Below, piece by piece: positions 35,331-50,525 of a stretch of DNA of 64,000 nucleotides; position 1 is the stretch's first letter; the number at the start of each line of letters is the position of its first letter. Where the stretch lies: NCBI GenBank assembly GCA_964187785.1, contig OZ076409.1:87856001-87920000 (forward strand), given 5' to 3'. Origin of the DNA: Amphiscolops sp. MND2022 (lineage: Eukaryota). The translations under genes and the position numbers were made by a program. Below the pieces are notes generated by a model that saw only the letters and a program-made list of their open reading frames with translations, ran no database searches and had not been told where the DNA came from.

Positions 35331-37679
35331 TCAATTTAGTCATTTTATAGACTTCAAAGTATAAAGCTTGCAATTGGAATAACGGTGATTACATAAGTTT
35401 AATTAACAAGAAATGAAATGTTAAAAGACGTTGATCTAGACGATGAAGAAGTGGAAATCTTTTGCTATTCAATTGACATAGTGGAAGATGCATTGTATTC
35501 ATTGGAAGTGTTTCCAAGCCGGCCCCTGGAATGGTCCTTGTTTCCTAAAACAACAGGAACGTCTCATATCTTCGCCCCTCCTAAAGCACAAAAAGAGCAA
35601 AGATTTAAAATTTACCCAAGGCGCTTTTGCATAAAATCTGTCAATCACATGAATACCAAACAAAAGGCAGATGGTAGTAAATTATTTTGAAGAAATGTTC
35701 CTAAAAATGTGCCAGTTCGCTGGCCTTTTAATCAAAAATTTGGATATCGCGCAATATTCTCGAACCTTGCCGTTTTCTATGTACATAGATGGTCTTATGG
35801 TTATAATTGAATTTATCTGGTGATAAATAAGTGAAATACAAACATCCAATCAAATTATAACAAGAAGGGAATGTCTCAAGTCGGCCCTATGCCTAAGGCT
35901 CAAATTGCCCAAACTTTTTAAAATATGCTCGGGACGGTCTCCTATGAAAAACTCACAAAAAATTTGATACACTTTCGAAAAACCCAAGCGACCGAACGGA
36001 CCGCTGCCGCGCTGAAAAGGAGGAATAAAGGTTTTCAAACATCTTTCCTATTGCAAAATTTCACGAACCTTGAAAGGTGACCTTTGAAGACATTGAAAAA
36101 AGTCGCGTAGTGCCAAAGGGGGGTCTTTTGTTAATTTTCGAGGTTCTGACGTTTCCATTTGTAGTTCAAGTGGAACAGTTGAAAAAAAGTGGACAATACA
36201 CGTATAAAAAGCTTCCCACTGTGAGAGTCAGGCATCTTTCTTCAAAAGCGTCAACTAAAAACACACCAGAAAGACTCCCAAAGGGTTTCCGCCGCTAGGT
36301 AGGAGCCTTAACGATTAGCAAGACGGGAACGTCTAATGTCTGCGCTACAGTTACAGCTCAAAATGCGCAAAGTTTCAAAAATATGCCCAGTACCCGTTAA
36401 TGAAAAACTCACAAAATGTGTTGAAACACCCGAATAGTACCTTTTGTGCTCGGAAAACGCTTCACAATTTCGAATATAGCGTGGCCACATGAATGGGCGC
36501 TTTTTATCGAACATCCACCACCTCTTTAGTGAAACACAATATAGTCCGGGAATAACGTCAAAAATTCGGTTAGAACGCAATATTTCACCTTCTCTTTAGC
36601 GAAATGCTTCTTACTTCGGATATAACGTCAAAAATTCGGGTATAGCGTTCTGCACCACGGTGGCCACGGTAGGTTCAACTAGGGCAAAAGATTTGTACAA
36701 ATTATACATCATTTCAAAGTGTTGATAGTCTCAATTGTTTGCTTTTAAGAACTTCCAGAAAAAAATATTGATCGGAAGAAAGTCTACAAAAATATATTGT
36801 TTTCTGAAGAAATCAGTCTGCAAAGAGCACAGTGAATTTTCTGCATCTATCACAGTGACAAAAAAGTTCATATCTCTTCCAGATCAGTTTTTCACAAACT
36901 GTTCTTGAAAAATGAAATAAAACCTTAGTTTTAGTTGATGTTCAACTTTTCACCTCTTTTGAAAACTGAAAAAATGGACTATCACGTTGATAAAGTTTTA
37001 AACAAGACGCCCGCTGAGCAGCCAGATATTTTCCGCCCCAAACTGTTCTACAACTAAATAAGTTTGAAGCCCAAGAATAACCAATGCGCTATGAAAACGC
37101 AAAGAAGTTCGAAGAAAGGAAAGCTTTGATTCATCGTAGCCCATTTTAAAGGAAACCCCTAATTTATAGTTTCTGCGATAGCTTCGGCCACTTTTCGTTT
37201 TTTCGGCACTATGCGACTTACCGAGAAAAAGGAAAACGTTCAATACCTTTTTTTGAAAATAATTTTCGAAAAAACATTTTTCGTAATTTTTAAATTTTGA
37301 GGTTTTCTGTAAAAGAAACAGGTTTTTCGAGTCTTGAGGGTGACTTCTTCGTTACTTTGGATCATTTGGAACTGACGAGGTTTCTTCTTGATTGTGGAAA
37401 TTACCTCATTCCAGTTTTTTCCACTCTGTGCGTCTTTACGAAAATTTTATTTGTTCAAAGAGTACCCCTTGCTTTCATAGCTGATTTCGGCATGAGAAAA
37501 GTGGTTTTGCGAGCTGAAACTCGTTTCGCCATCATAGACGTTTACCGGAAAAATCAAAATATTTGGATTTTTTGTAATTCTTGTTGGGCAAAAAAGGTTT
37601 CCTAGTCTCAGGCGTATTTCTTGGTGTAGTTTTTGGCATTGAGAAAGTGGTAAACACTTGAAACTAGATCCTTCGCAAA

Positions 37680-39200
37680 TTTAGGAAAGTTGAGTGATCC
37701 CGGTTTGTTAAATTATTGCACATAGTTTCACCAGAATTGTCAAAAATTGGAATAAGTTTTGACAACTTTGGTGTCAATTTGAGGAACTTTTCTAACATGA
37801 ATATACAGATGTCTCTTCAAAATTCGGCCTACTGGACACCGAGTTTAGCTGTTGTTGAACTTTTACATCATTCTAACCCACGAAGTAGCTCGAAACATCT
37901 TCCTTTGGAAGGTGTAGTCCATATCTAGTGATTTTGCTTGGAGGTTTTTGAATATAAAATATTGGATAAATGAGGTCGAAATTTACGTTTTTAAGTGACG
38001 TTTTTGAAAGTTGGGCATATAAACTTGTCTGATATCTTTTCGAAACAATAATGGTAGCTACACGTTTCAATCCTGGGCCTATGGCTTTCTGATTGAAGTA
38101 ATACTTCGGAAAGGGTCCAAAATTGGAACTATGTTGTCCAAAATAATGAAAGTTCGGAATTTTTGACACATTAGTTGTAATCTCGTAAACTTCATCTCAC
38201 TTTTCCCCAATTGCGTTTTCAATACTTTATTGTTTCAACACTCAGGTCATTGGAAGTTTTATTCTTTAAATATTTCGTGGTTTGAACAAAAATTGGGTAT
38301 AATTTTCCAAACCACGTGCTTTATTGTTGTTTCATGGATTTTTGGGTGTTTTTGAGGCCAATTACAACGAAAGATGCAGGTATCTCTTCAGCATTGCCCA
38401 CTGGAGATACCCGGATTAGTCGTTGTTGAGTTTTTGAATCATTTATTGCAAGAAAGTTGCACAAAAGATGAACAAAAAACTGTTTAAAAATGTAAAAAAA
38501 ACTTGAAATATCTGTTTTCCCAATACTTGGGTCACTCCGAGGAAACTTTCGACCATAAATTAGGAAATTGTTTTGCAAAACGTGCTTCGGACCTAAATAT
38601 ATATTATCTGGAGCTTTTCGAAGGTTTTAATTCACCAAAATCTTCCAATCTGAAAGTTTAAATCAGTGAAAATGTCAAATCAACAAAAATTTCGTCATTT
38701 TCCGGTCAATTTTGAGATATTTTCCAACCGAAGTCTGCAAGTATTCCTTTAAAAGCCTATTGGATTATGAAATCAGTCCTTGTTGAACGTTTGCCAACAC
38801 TCTGACTCCAAAAACTCATAATGTACACAAGTTGCACAGAAACGAAGATGTTATTTTCTCGACTCCTTTGGAGTCATTCTGAAGTTTCCGAAACATTGCG
38901 ACGTTCTCTTCAAAAAACGTATAGCGAAGTTCGTTTTTCGTTGTTGAGGTGTTTGTGTTGGAACATAGAAAAAAATCCCTCGGAGAATGTACAGAAATTG
39001 CATCGAAAACGACAAAAACTTCAAATTTTTCGACAATTCAAGGTCAATCAGAAAAATTTTCAATTTGAAACTTGAACTTATCTCGTAACGAAAGCTCACC
39101 GAAACAGCAAGTTTGCCCATTCTTCAGGAGTTGAAACATTCTAGTCCTCGAAGTCTATCGATATTTTGACAAAAGTTTAACAAAATTAGGCCCCTCCGGG
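37680..39200 (-). pseudogene. Possible very old hAT-superfamily (hATm-like) transposase relic
   Basis: Colinear degenerate motifs on the minus strand: SQN-TGK ~38710, PKHVLQ ~38585, AR-WFGKL ~38310, KYYFNQKAIG ~38095, AKLGVQ ~37845. These resemble SNTG / CRHH / ARWMAK / LWYLSE / AERGV. Recognition by eye only. Confidence 0.35.
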
Positions 39201-39497
39201 GCACACAATAATTATTTCTGCTTTTATACCCTTTCAGAAGCAAAAAAACGATAGCCAGAAAAACTATTTCCAAGACAAAAGAGAAGTCAGCAAAAGTAAA
39301 AAATAATGACGGAGCAAGCTAGTTAATTTCAAGAACAATTGATTAAAACAATATTGCAGTAATTCCACACCACGTAGAGAAATTGTACAATTTACATGTG
39401 ATACCGCCATATAGTCAGTGTAGAGGTATTTAAATCGAAGAGGGAAGAAAAGTGAAGATTGGAGTCGAATCGATTCAGTACTTGTGCAAGAGATTTT

Positions 39498-39610
39498 GAG
39501 TGTCTACTGGAGTCTAGGGTTAACCTCAATCCGATTCTTGAAGAGTAGAGCTGTAACGGTCTACCTGCTTCAAGAGAGGTCAACCAATACTAAGAACCCA
39601 GTAGACACTC
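39498..39610. other. Long imperfect hairpin (113 nt)
   Basis: Nested stems gagtgtctactgg/ccagtagacactc (13 bp, perfect), ggttaacctc/gaggtcaacc, cttgaag/cttcaag and gtaga/tctac. Confidence 0.8.
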
Positions 39611-42600
39611 GTACTGTGCAGGCTGGGTTAGGCCCGTCTTACCCAGTACATTGTGTCTACATCATGGGAGTAGTGAAATTACCAAATAGCAAATCAGAGG
39701 AAGACAAAATTTGCACAAGGAACCGAAAGAACAATCAATAAAAACTGAAAAAAAATTAAACAAAACCATTTTTGTAAGACAGAGACAAACTATTCACCAA
39801 AATGCCGCAAATAAACGATATTTTTTCAATCGAACATAAAAAAATTACCTTAAAAAATTACTCGACACGAATACCTTTGAAAAGTTAGACATTTAAAAAA
39901 ACTAAAATGCTGGATATAATCACCAATTTTTCAGAACTTATCCCCCATGGAAGTACACTAAAGTAAGCCATTTTGAGTTAAAAACAAATAAAAACAAATG
40001 CTGGACATTTTCAATTATTTTCAAACCGACAGAACTTATCTCCTATGGAAGTACACTAAAGTAAGCCACTTTGAGAGTTAAAGACAATTGAAGTACTGGA
40101 AATATTCAACAATTATTAGGAACGACAGAACTTATCACCTATGGAAGTACACTAAAGTGAGTCATTTTGAGAGATAAAAACAAAACACAAAATGCTGGAC
40201 ATAATCAATTTTTCAAACCGACAGAGCGTATCCCCTATGGAAGTATACTGAAGTAAACCATTTTGAGGTAAAGACATTTGAAAAGCTAAAATGCTTGCCA
40301 TAATCAACAATTTTTCAAACCGAGAGATTTTATCCCCTATGGAGGTACACTAAAATAGGCGATTTTGAGAGTTAAAGACATTTGAAAAGTTAAAATGCTG
40401 GAAATATTCAACAGTTTTTCAAACCGAGAGAACTTATCCCCTATGGAAGTACCCTAAAGTAAGCCACTTTGAGAGTTAAAACCAAAAAAACTAAAATGCT
40501 GGACCTAATCAACAATTTTTGAAATCGACAGAACTTATCCTCTATGGAAGTATACTGAAGTAAGCCATTTTGAGAGTTAAAGACATTTGAAAAGTTATAT
40601 TGCTAGACATAATCAACAATTTTTCAAACCGACAGAACTTATCCCCCATGGAAGTACACCAAAATAGGCCATTTTGAGAGTTAAAGACATTTGAAAAGTT
40701 AAAATGCTGGAAATAATCAACAATTTTTCAAACCGAGAGGACTTATTTCCTATGGAAGTATACTGAAGTAAACCATTTTGAGAGTAAAAGACATTTGAAA
40801 AGCTAAATTGCTGGACATAATCAACAATTTTTCAAACCGACAGAACTCATCCCCTATGGAAGTTCACTAAAATGAGCCATTTTGAGAGTTAAAGACATTT
40901 GAAAAGTTAAAGTGCTGGAAATAATCAACAATTTTTCAAACCGAGAGAACTTATCCCCTATGGAAGTACACTAAAGTAAGCCATTTTGAGTTAAGACAAA
41001 TAAAAACCTACAATGCTTGACATAATCAACAATTTTTCAAACCGACAGAACTTATCCCCTATGGAAGTATACTGAAGTCAGCCATTTTGAGAGTTAAAGA
41101 CTTTTGAAAAGTTAAAATGCTGGAAAAATTCAACAATTTTTAGAAACGACAGAACTTATCACCTTTGGAATTACACTAAAGTGAGTCATTTTGAGAGTTG
41201 AAGAAAAATAAAAAACCAAAATGCTGGACATAATCACCAATTTTTCAAACCGACAGAACTTATCCCCTATGGAAGTATACTGAAGTAAGCGATTTTGAGA
41301 GTTAAAGACATTTGGAAAGTTATATTGCTAGACATAATCAACAATTTTTCAAACCGACAGAACTTATCCCCCATGGAAGTACACTAAAATAGGCCATTTT
41401 GAGAGTTAAAGACATTTGAAAAGTTAAAATGCTGGAAATAATCAACAATTTTTCAAACCGAGAGGACTTATTCCCTATGGAAGTACACTGAAGTAAACCA
41501 TTTTGAGAGTAAAAGACACTTGAAAAGCTAAATTGCTGGACATAATCAACAATTTTTCAAACCGACAGAACTCATCCCCTATGGAAGTACACTAAAATAG
41601 GCCATTTTGAGAGTTAAAGACATTTGAAAAGTTAAAATGCTGGAAATAATCAACAATTTTTCAAACCGAGAGGACTTATTCCCTATGGAAGTACACTGAA
41701 GTAAACCATTTTGAGAGTAAAAGACACTTGAAAAGCTAAATTGCTGGACATAATCAACAATTTTTCAAACCGACAGAACTCATCCCCTATGGAAGTACAC
41801 TAAAAGGAGCCATTTTGAGAGTTAAAGACATTTGAAAAGTTAAAGTGCTGGAAATAATCAACAATTTTTCAAACCGAGAGAACTTATCCCATATGGAAGT
41901 ACACTAAAGTAAGCCATTTTGAGTTAGGACAAATAAAAACCTAAAATGCTTGACCTAATCAACAATTTTTCAAACCGACAGAACTTATCCCCTATGGAAG
42001 TATACAGAAGTAAGCCATTTTGAGAGTTAAAGACATTTGAAAAGCTAAATTGCTGGACATAATCAACAATTTTTCAAACCGACAGAACTCATCCCCTATG
42101 GAAGTACACTAAAATGAGCCATTTTGAGAGTTAAAGACATTTGAAAAGTTAAAGTGCTGGAAATATTCAACAATTTTTCAAACCGAGAGAACTTATCCCC
42201 TATGGAAGTACACTAAAGTAAGCCATTTTGAGTTAAGACAAATAAAAACCTAAAATGCTTGACATAATCAACAATTTTTCAAACCGACAGAACTTATCCC
42301 CTATGGAAGTATAAAGAAGTAAGCCATTTTGAGAGTTAAAGACTTTTGAAAAGTTGAAATGCTAGAAATAAGCAACAATTTTTCAAACCGAGAGAATTTA
42401 TCCCCTATGGAATAACACTAAAGTAAGCCATTTTGAGAGTTAGAGACATTTGAAAAGGTAAAATGCTGGAAATAATCAACAATTTTTCAAACCGAGAGGA
42501 CTTATCACCTATGGAATTACAATAAAGTGAGTCATTTTGAGTTAGGACAAATAAAAACCTAAAATGCTTGACATGATCAACAATTTTTCAAACCGACAGA

Positions 42601-45600
42601 ATTTATTCCATATAGAAGTACACTAAAGTAAGCCATTCTGAGTTAAAGACAAATAAAAAACTAAAATGCTGGACCTAATCAACAATTTTTCAAACCGACA
42701 GAACTTATCCCCTATGGAAGCTTACTGAAGTAAGCCATTTTGAGAGTTAAAGACTTTTGAAAAGTTAAAATGCTAGAAATAATCAACAATTTTTCAAACC
42801 GAGAGAATTTATTCCCTATGGAAGTACGCTAAAGTGAGCCATTTTGAGAGTTAAAACCAAAAAACTAAAATGCTGGACCTAATCAACAATTTTTGAAACA
42901 GACAGAACTTATCCTCTATGGAAGTATACTGAAGTAAGCCATTTTGAGAGTTAAAGACAATTGAAAAATTAAATTGCTGGACATAATCAACATTTTTTCA
43001 AACCGACAGAACTTGTCCGCCATGGAAGTACACTAAAATAAGCCATTTTGAGAGTTAAAGACATTTGAAAAGTTAAAATGCTGGAAATAATCAACAATTT
43101 TTCAAACCGAGAGGACTTATTCCCTATAGAAGTATACTGAAGTAAACCATTTTGAGAGTAAAAGACATTTGAAAAGCTAAATTGCTGGACATAATCAACA
43201 ATTTTTCAAACCGACAGAACTCATCCCCTATGGAAGTACACTAAAATGAGCCATTTTGAGAGTTAAAGACATTTGAAAAGTTAAAATGCTGGAAATAATC
43301 AACAATTTTTCAAACCGAGAGAACTTATCCCCTATGGAAGTACACTAAAGTAAGCCATTTTGAGTTAAAACAAACAAAAACCTAAAATACTTGACATAAT
43401 CAACAATTTTTCAAACCGACAGAACTTATCCCCTATGGAAGTATACTGAAGTAAGCCATTTTGAGAGTTAAAGACTTTTGAAAAGGTAAAGTGCTGGAAA
43501 AAATCAACAATTTTTCAAACCGAGAGAACTTATCCCCTATGGAAGTATACAGAAGTAAGCCATTTTGAGAGTTAAAGACATTTGAAAAGGTAAAGTGCTG
43601 GAAAAAATCAACAATTTTTCAAACCGAGAGAACTTATCCCCTATGGAAGTACACTAAAGTAAGCCATTTTGAGTTAAGACAAATAAAAACCTAAAATGCT
43701 TGACATAATCAACAATTTTTCAAACCGACAGAACTTATCCCCTATGGAAGTATAAAGAAGTAAGCCATTTTGAGAGTTAAAGACTTTTGAAAAGTTGAAA
43801 TGCTAGAAATAAGCAACAATTTTTCAAACCGAGAGAATTTATCCCCTATGGAATAACACTAAAGTAAGCCATTTTGAGAGTTAGAGACATTTGAAAAGGT
43901 AAAATGCTGGAAATAATCAACAATTTTTCAAATCGAGAGGACTTATCACCTATGGAATTACAATAAAGTGAGTCATTTTGAGTTAGGACAAATAAAAACC
44001 TAAAATGCTTGACATGATCAACAATTTTTCAAACCGACAGAATTTATTCCATATAGAAGTACACTAAAGTAAGCCACTCTGAGTTAAAGACAAATAAAAA
44101 ACTAAAATGCTGGACCTAATCAACAATTTTTCAAGCCGACAGAACTTATCCCCTATGGAAGCTTACTGAAGTAAGCCATTTTGAGAGTTAAAGACTTTTG
44201 AAAAGTTAAAAAGCTAGAAATAATCAACAATTTTTCAAACCGAGAGAATTTATCCCCTATGGAAGTACGCTAAAGTGAGCCATTTTGAGAGTTAAAACCA
44301 AAAAACTAAAATGCTGGACCTAATCAACAATTTTTGAAACCGACAGAACTTATCCTCTATGGAAGTATACTGAAGTAAGCCATTTTGAGAGTTAAAGACA
44401 ATTGAAAAATTAAATTGCTGGACATAATCAACAATTTTTCAAACCGACAGAACTTGTCCGCCATGGAAGTACACTAAAATAAGCCATTTTGAGAGTTAAA
44501 GACATTTGAAAAGTTAAAATGCTGGAAATAATCAACAATTTCTCAAACCGAGAGGACTTATTCCATATGGAAGTATACTGAAGTAAACCATTTTGAGAGT
44601 AAAAGACATTTGAAAAGCTAAATTGCTGGACATAATCAACAATTTTTCAAACCGACAGAACTCATCCCCTATGGAAGTACACTAAAATGAGCCATTTTGA
44701 GAGTTAAAGACATTTGAAAAGTTAAAATGCTGGAAATAATCAACAATTTTTCAAACCGAGAGAACTTATCCCCTATGGAAGTACACTAAAGTAATCCATT
44801 TTGAGTTAAAACAAACAAAAACCTAAAATACTTGACATAATCAACAATTTTTCAAACCGACAGAACTTATCCCCTATGGAAGTACACTAAAGTAAGCCAT
44901 TTTGAGTTAAGACAAATAAAAACCTAAAATGCTTGACATAATCAACAATTTTTCAAACCGACAGAACTTATCCCCTATGGAAGTATAAAGAAGTAAGCCA
45001 TTTTGAGAGTTAAAGACTTTTGAAAAGTTGAAATGCTAGAAATAAGCAACAATTTTTCAAACCGAGAGAATTTATCCCCTATGGAATAACACTAAAGTAA
45101 GCCATTTTGAGAGTTAGAGACATTTGAAAAGGTAAAATGCTGGAAATAATCAACAATTTTTCAAACCGAGAGGACTTATCACCTATGGAATTACAATAAA
45201 GTGAGTCATTTTGAGTTAGGACAAATAAAAACCTAAAATGCTTGACATGATCAACAATTTCTCAAACCGACAGAATTTATTCCATATAGAAGTACACTAA
45301 AGTAAGCCATTCTGAGTTAAAGACAAATAAAAAACTAAAATGCTGGACCTAATCAACAATTTTTCAAACCGACAGAACTTAGCCCCTATGGAAGCTTACT
45401 GAAGTAAGCCATTTTGAGAGTTAAAGACTTTTGAAAAGTTAAAATGCTAGAAATAATCAACAATTTTTCAAACCGAGAGAATTTATCCCCTATGGAAGTA
45501 CGCTAAAGTGAGCCATTTTGAGAGTTAAAACCAAAAAACTAAAATGCTGGACCTAATCAACAATTTTTGAAACCGACAGAACTTATCCTCTATGGAAGTA

Positions 45601-48600
45601 TACTGAAGTAAGCCATTTTGAGAGTTAAAGACAATTGAAAAATTAAATTGCTGGACATAATCAACAATTTTTCAAACCGACAGAACTTGTCCGCCATGGA
45701 AGTACACTAAAATAAGCCATTTTGAGAGTTAAAGACATTTGAAAAGTTAAAATGCTGGAAATAATCAACAATTTTTCAAACCGAGAGGACTTATTCCCTA
45801 TGGAAGTATACTGAAGTAAACCATTTTGAGAGTAAAAGACATTTGAAAAGCTAAATTGCTGGACATAATCAACAATTTTTCAAACCGACAGAACTCATCC
45901 CCTACGGAAGTACACTAAAATGAGCCATTTTGAGAGTTAAAGACATTTGAAAAGTTAAAATGCTGGAAATAATCAACAATTTTTCAAACCGAGAGAACTT
46001 ATCCCCTATGGAAGTACACTAAAGTAAGCCATTTTGAGTTAAAACAAACAAAAACCTAAAATACTTGACATAATCAACAAATTTTCAAACCGACAGAACT
46101 TATCCCCTATGGAAGTATACTGAAGTAAGCCATTTTGAGAGTTAAAGACTTTTGAAAAGTTGAAATGCTAGAAATAACCAACAATTTTTCAAACCGAGAG
46201 AATTTATCCCCTATGGAATAACACTAAAGTAAGCCATTTTGAGAGTTAAAGACATTTGAAAAGGTAAAATGCTGGAAACAATCAACAATTTTTCAAACCG
46301 AGAGGACTTATTACCTATGGAATTACAAGTAAGTGAGTCATTTTGAGTTAAGACAAATAAAAACCTAAAATGCTTGACATAATCAACAATTTTCCAAACC
46401 GACAGAATTTATTCCATATAGAAGTACACTAAAGTAAGCCATTTTGAGTTAAAGACAAATAAAAAACTAAAATGCTGGACCTAATCAACAATTTTTCAAA
46501 CCGACAGAACTTATCCCCTATGGAAGTTTACTGAAGTAAGCCATTTTGAGAGTTAAAGACTTTTGAAAAGTTAAAATGCTAGAAATAATCAACAATTTTT
46601 CAAACCGAGAGAATTTATCCCCTATGGAAGTACGCTAAAGTGAGCCATTTTGAGAGTTAAAGACAATTGAAAAGTTAAAATGCTGGAAATATTCAACAAT
46701 TTTTAGAAACGACAGAACTTATCACCTATGGAATTACACTAAAGTGAGTCATTTTGAGAGTTGAAGAAAAATAAAACCAAAATGCTGGAAATAATCACCA
46801 ATTTTTCAAACCGACAGAACTTATCCCCTATGGAAGTACACAAAAGTAAGCCATTTTAAGAGTTAAAGACAATTGAAAAGTTAAAATGATGGAAATATTC
46901 AACAATTTTTTGAAACGACAGAACTTATCACCTATGGAAGTACACTAAAGTGAGTCATTTTGAGTTAAAGAAAAATAAAAAAACCAAAATGCTGGACATC
47001 ATCAACAATTTTTCAAACCGACAGAACTTATCCCCTATGGACGTATACTGAAGTAAGCCATTTTGAGAGTTAACGACATTTGAAAAGCTAAAATGCTGGA
47101 AAAATTCAACAATTTTTAGAAACGACAGAATTTATCACCTTTGAAATTACACTTAAGTGAGTCATTTTGAGTTAAAGAAAAAAACAAAACCAAAATGCTG
47201 GACATAATCAAAATTTTTTCAAACCGACAGAACTTATCCCCTATGGAAGTACACTAAAGTAAGCCATTTTGAGAGTTAAAAACTTTTGAAAAATTAAAAT
47301 GCTGGAAAAATTCAACAATTTTTCAAACCGAGAGGACTTATCACCTATGGAATTACACTAAAGTGAGTCATTTTGAGTTAAGACAAATAAAAACCTAAAA
47401 TGCTGGACCTAATCAACAATTTTTCAAACCGACAGAACTTATCCCCTATGGAAGTACACTAAAGTGAGCCATTCTAAGAGTTAAAGACAATTGAAAAGTT
47501 AAAATGCTGGAAATATTCAACAATTTTTAGAAACAACAGAACTTATCACCTATGGAAGTACACTAAAGTGAGTCACGGTCATTTTGAGAGTTAAAGAAAA
47601 ATAAAAAACCAAAATGCTGGACATAATCAACAATTTTTCAAACCGACAGGACTTATCCCTTATGGAAGTATACTGTAGTAAGCCATTTTGAGATATAAAG
47701 ACAATTGAAAAGCTAAAATGCAGGAAATAATCAACAATTTTTCAAACCGACAGAATTTATTCCATACAGAAGTACACTAAAGTAAGCCATTTTAGTTGAA
47801 GACAAATATAATACTAAAATGCTGGACCTAATGAACAATTTCTCAAACCGACAGAACTTATCCCCTACTGAAGTAAGCCATTTTGAGAGTTAAAGACTTT
47901 TGAAAAGTAAAAATGCAAGAAATAATCAACAATTTTTCAAACCGAGAGAATTTATCCCCTACGGAAGTACGCTAAAGTAAGCCATTTTGAGAGTTAAAGA
48001 CAATTGAAAAGTTAAAATGCTGAAAATAATCAACAAATTTTCAAACCGAGAGGACTTATCACCTACGGAAATACACTAAAGTGAGTCATTTTGAGTTAAG
48101 ACAAATAAAAACCTAAAATGCTGGACCTAATCAACAATTTTTCAAACCGACAGAACTTATCCCCTATGGAAGTTTACTGAAGTAAACCATTTTGAGAGTT
48201 AAAGACTTTTGAAAAGTTAAAATGCTAGAAATAATCAACAATTTTTCAAACCGAAGAATTTATCCCCTAAGGAAGTACGCTAAAGTAAGCCATTTTGAGA
48301 GTTAAAGACAATTGAAAAGTTAAAATGCTGGAAATATTCAACAATTTATAGAACCGACAGAACTTATCACCTGTGGAAGTACACTAAAGTGAGTCATTTC
48401 GAGAGTTGAAGAAAAATAAAAAAAACAAAATGCTGGACATAATCACCAATTTTTCAAATCAACAGAACTTATCCCCTATGGAAGTACACTAAAGTGAGCC
48501 ATTCTAAGTGTTAAAGACAATTGAATAGTTAAAATGATGGAAACATTCAACAATTTTTAGAAACGACAGAACTTATCACCTATGGAAGTACACTAAAGTG

Positions 48601-49597
48601 AGTCATTTTGAGTTTTAAAAAAATAAAAAACCAAAATGCTGGACATAATCAACAAATTTTCAAACCGACAGAACTTATCCCCTATGGAAGTTTACTGAAG
48701 TAAGCCATTTTGAGAGTTAAAGACATTTGAAAAGCTAAAATGCTGGAAATATTCAACAATTTTTAGAAACGACAGAACTTATCCCCTATGGAAGTACACT
48801 AAAGTGAGCCATTCTAAGAGTTAAAGACATTTGAAAAGTTAAAATGATGGAAACATTCAACAATTTTTAGAAACGACAGAACTTATCACCTATGGAATTA
48901 CACTAAAGTGAGTCATTTTGAATTAAAGAAAAATAAAAAACCAAAATGCTGGACATAATCAACAATTTTTCAAACCGACAGAACTTATCACCTATGGAAG
49001 TACACTAAAGTAAGCCATTTTGAGAGTTAAAGACTTTTGAAAAGTTAAAATGCTAAAAATAATCAACAATTTTTCAAACCGAGAGAATTTATCCCCTATG
49101 GAAGTACGCTAAAGTAAGCCATTTCGAGAGTTAAAGACAATTGAAGATTAAAATGCTGGAAGTATTCAACAATTTTTAGAAACGACAGAACTTATCATCT
49201 ATGGAAGTACACTAAAGTGAGTCATTTTGAGAGTTAGAGAAAAATAAAAAACCAAAATGCTGGACATAATCAACAATTTTTCAAACCGACAGAACTTATC
49301 CCCTATGGAAGTATACTGAAGTAAGCCATTTTGAGAGTTAAAGACATTTGAAAAGCTAAAATGCAGGAAATAATCAACAATTTTTCAAACCGAGAGAACT
49401 TATCTCCTAGAGAAGTACACGAAAGTAAGCCATTTTGAGAGTTAAAGACAAATAAAAACCTAAAATGCTTGACATAATCAACAATTTTTCAAACCGAGAG
49501 AACTTATCCCCTATGGAAGTACACTAAAGTAAGCCATTTTGAGAGTTAAAGAATTGAAAAGTTAAAAAGCTGGAAATATTCAACAATTTTTAGAAAC

Positions 49598-50525
49598 TGT
49601 TGGCGCCAGTCAATTGCGAGATCCGAAACTCAAATTCGAACGTGACTGGTGAAACTTACAACTCAAAACACTTAGAAACTTTGTCAAGATTTTAGTTGGA
49701 AAATTTACAAGTTTCACCAGAAATATGGCGTCACCAAAAAACACCACCCCCCCGTCCCGGTAAACCACTCATTCAATCACCTTGAAACTTGGCACACGTA
49801 TAGTAGTGGTGCTACGCTAACTTTTCACTCGGAACACCGAACCCCGTATCTTCTCTGGGTTCCGAGCAATTAACACCCAAAGTGACCTAAGTCGGACCCT
49901 ATGAATTACCCAATTTTGATGTATTAATTATTATGTGATTTTCTCATATGACCTTGAAGGAAATGTAACTCTAATGAAATTAATGACATTTACATTATGT
50001 AAACATACTCTCTAACCCACCTGACCAACATGCCAAAACCACCACATTCTTTGTTTACATAGCCAATAACTTTAAATGTGATTTATTTATACAACATATT
50101 TCAACTGATACTTGCTTATATCTACTGTAGAATTGTAAACCATATGTATACCATTATTAGATAGAGATTTTCTCCACTGAATAGCTATAGTCAAGTTGGG
50201 TCTCAGGACCGCGAGACTAATTATTCAACTTCTCAATCTTCACAACTTTTCGCTAGAGTCAGAGCGACTAAGTAGCTACTCTCATAGTAGGAGAGCCGGA
50301 GCGCGTGAAGATACAGTGAGTGAAGTGTGTGCAGGATCCAAACCAGTGCAAAGCGGAATCGCAGGAGATTTCACTGGTCACATCGGACCCACCAGTCAAA
50401 GATACAGTCCTTTAAAACAAGAAACCAGGAATTGTTTAGTGACGGTCCACAGCACTAAGCAACGGATCAGGGCGGCGTAAAGCTTGTCAAGCCTCAGCGC
50501 AGGATAAGGGCAAGCAGCCGTTACA
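49598..50525. mobile_element. Solo LTR (928 bp) inserted in the satellite, copy 1
   Basis: TGT...ACA termini; 5-bp TSD gaaac at 49593-49597 and 50526-50530; the monomer resumes in register; no internal domains. Confidence 0.9.

Noticed and set aside
35418..35690. 90-aa ORF as a host gene
   Set aside because: No recognisable domain; embedded among transposase relics.
50196..50480. 94-aa ORF, duplicated at 57015-57299
   Set aside because: It lies inside the LTR, has a non-ATG start and no recognisable domain; the identity reflects recent duplication.
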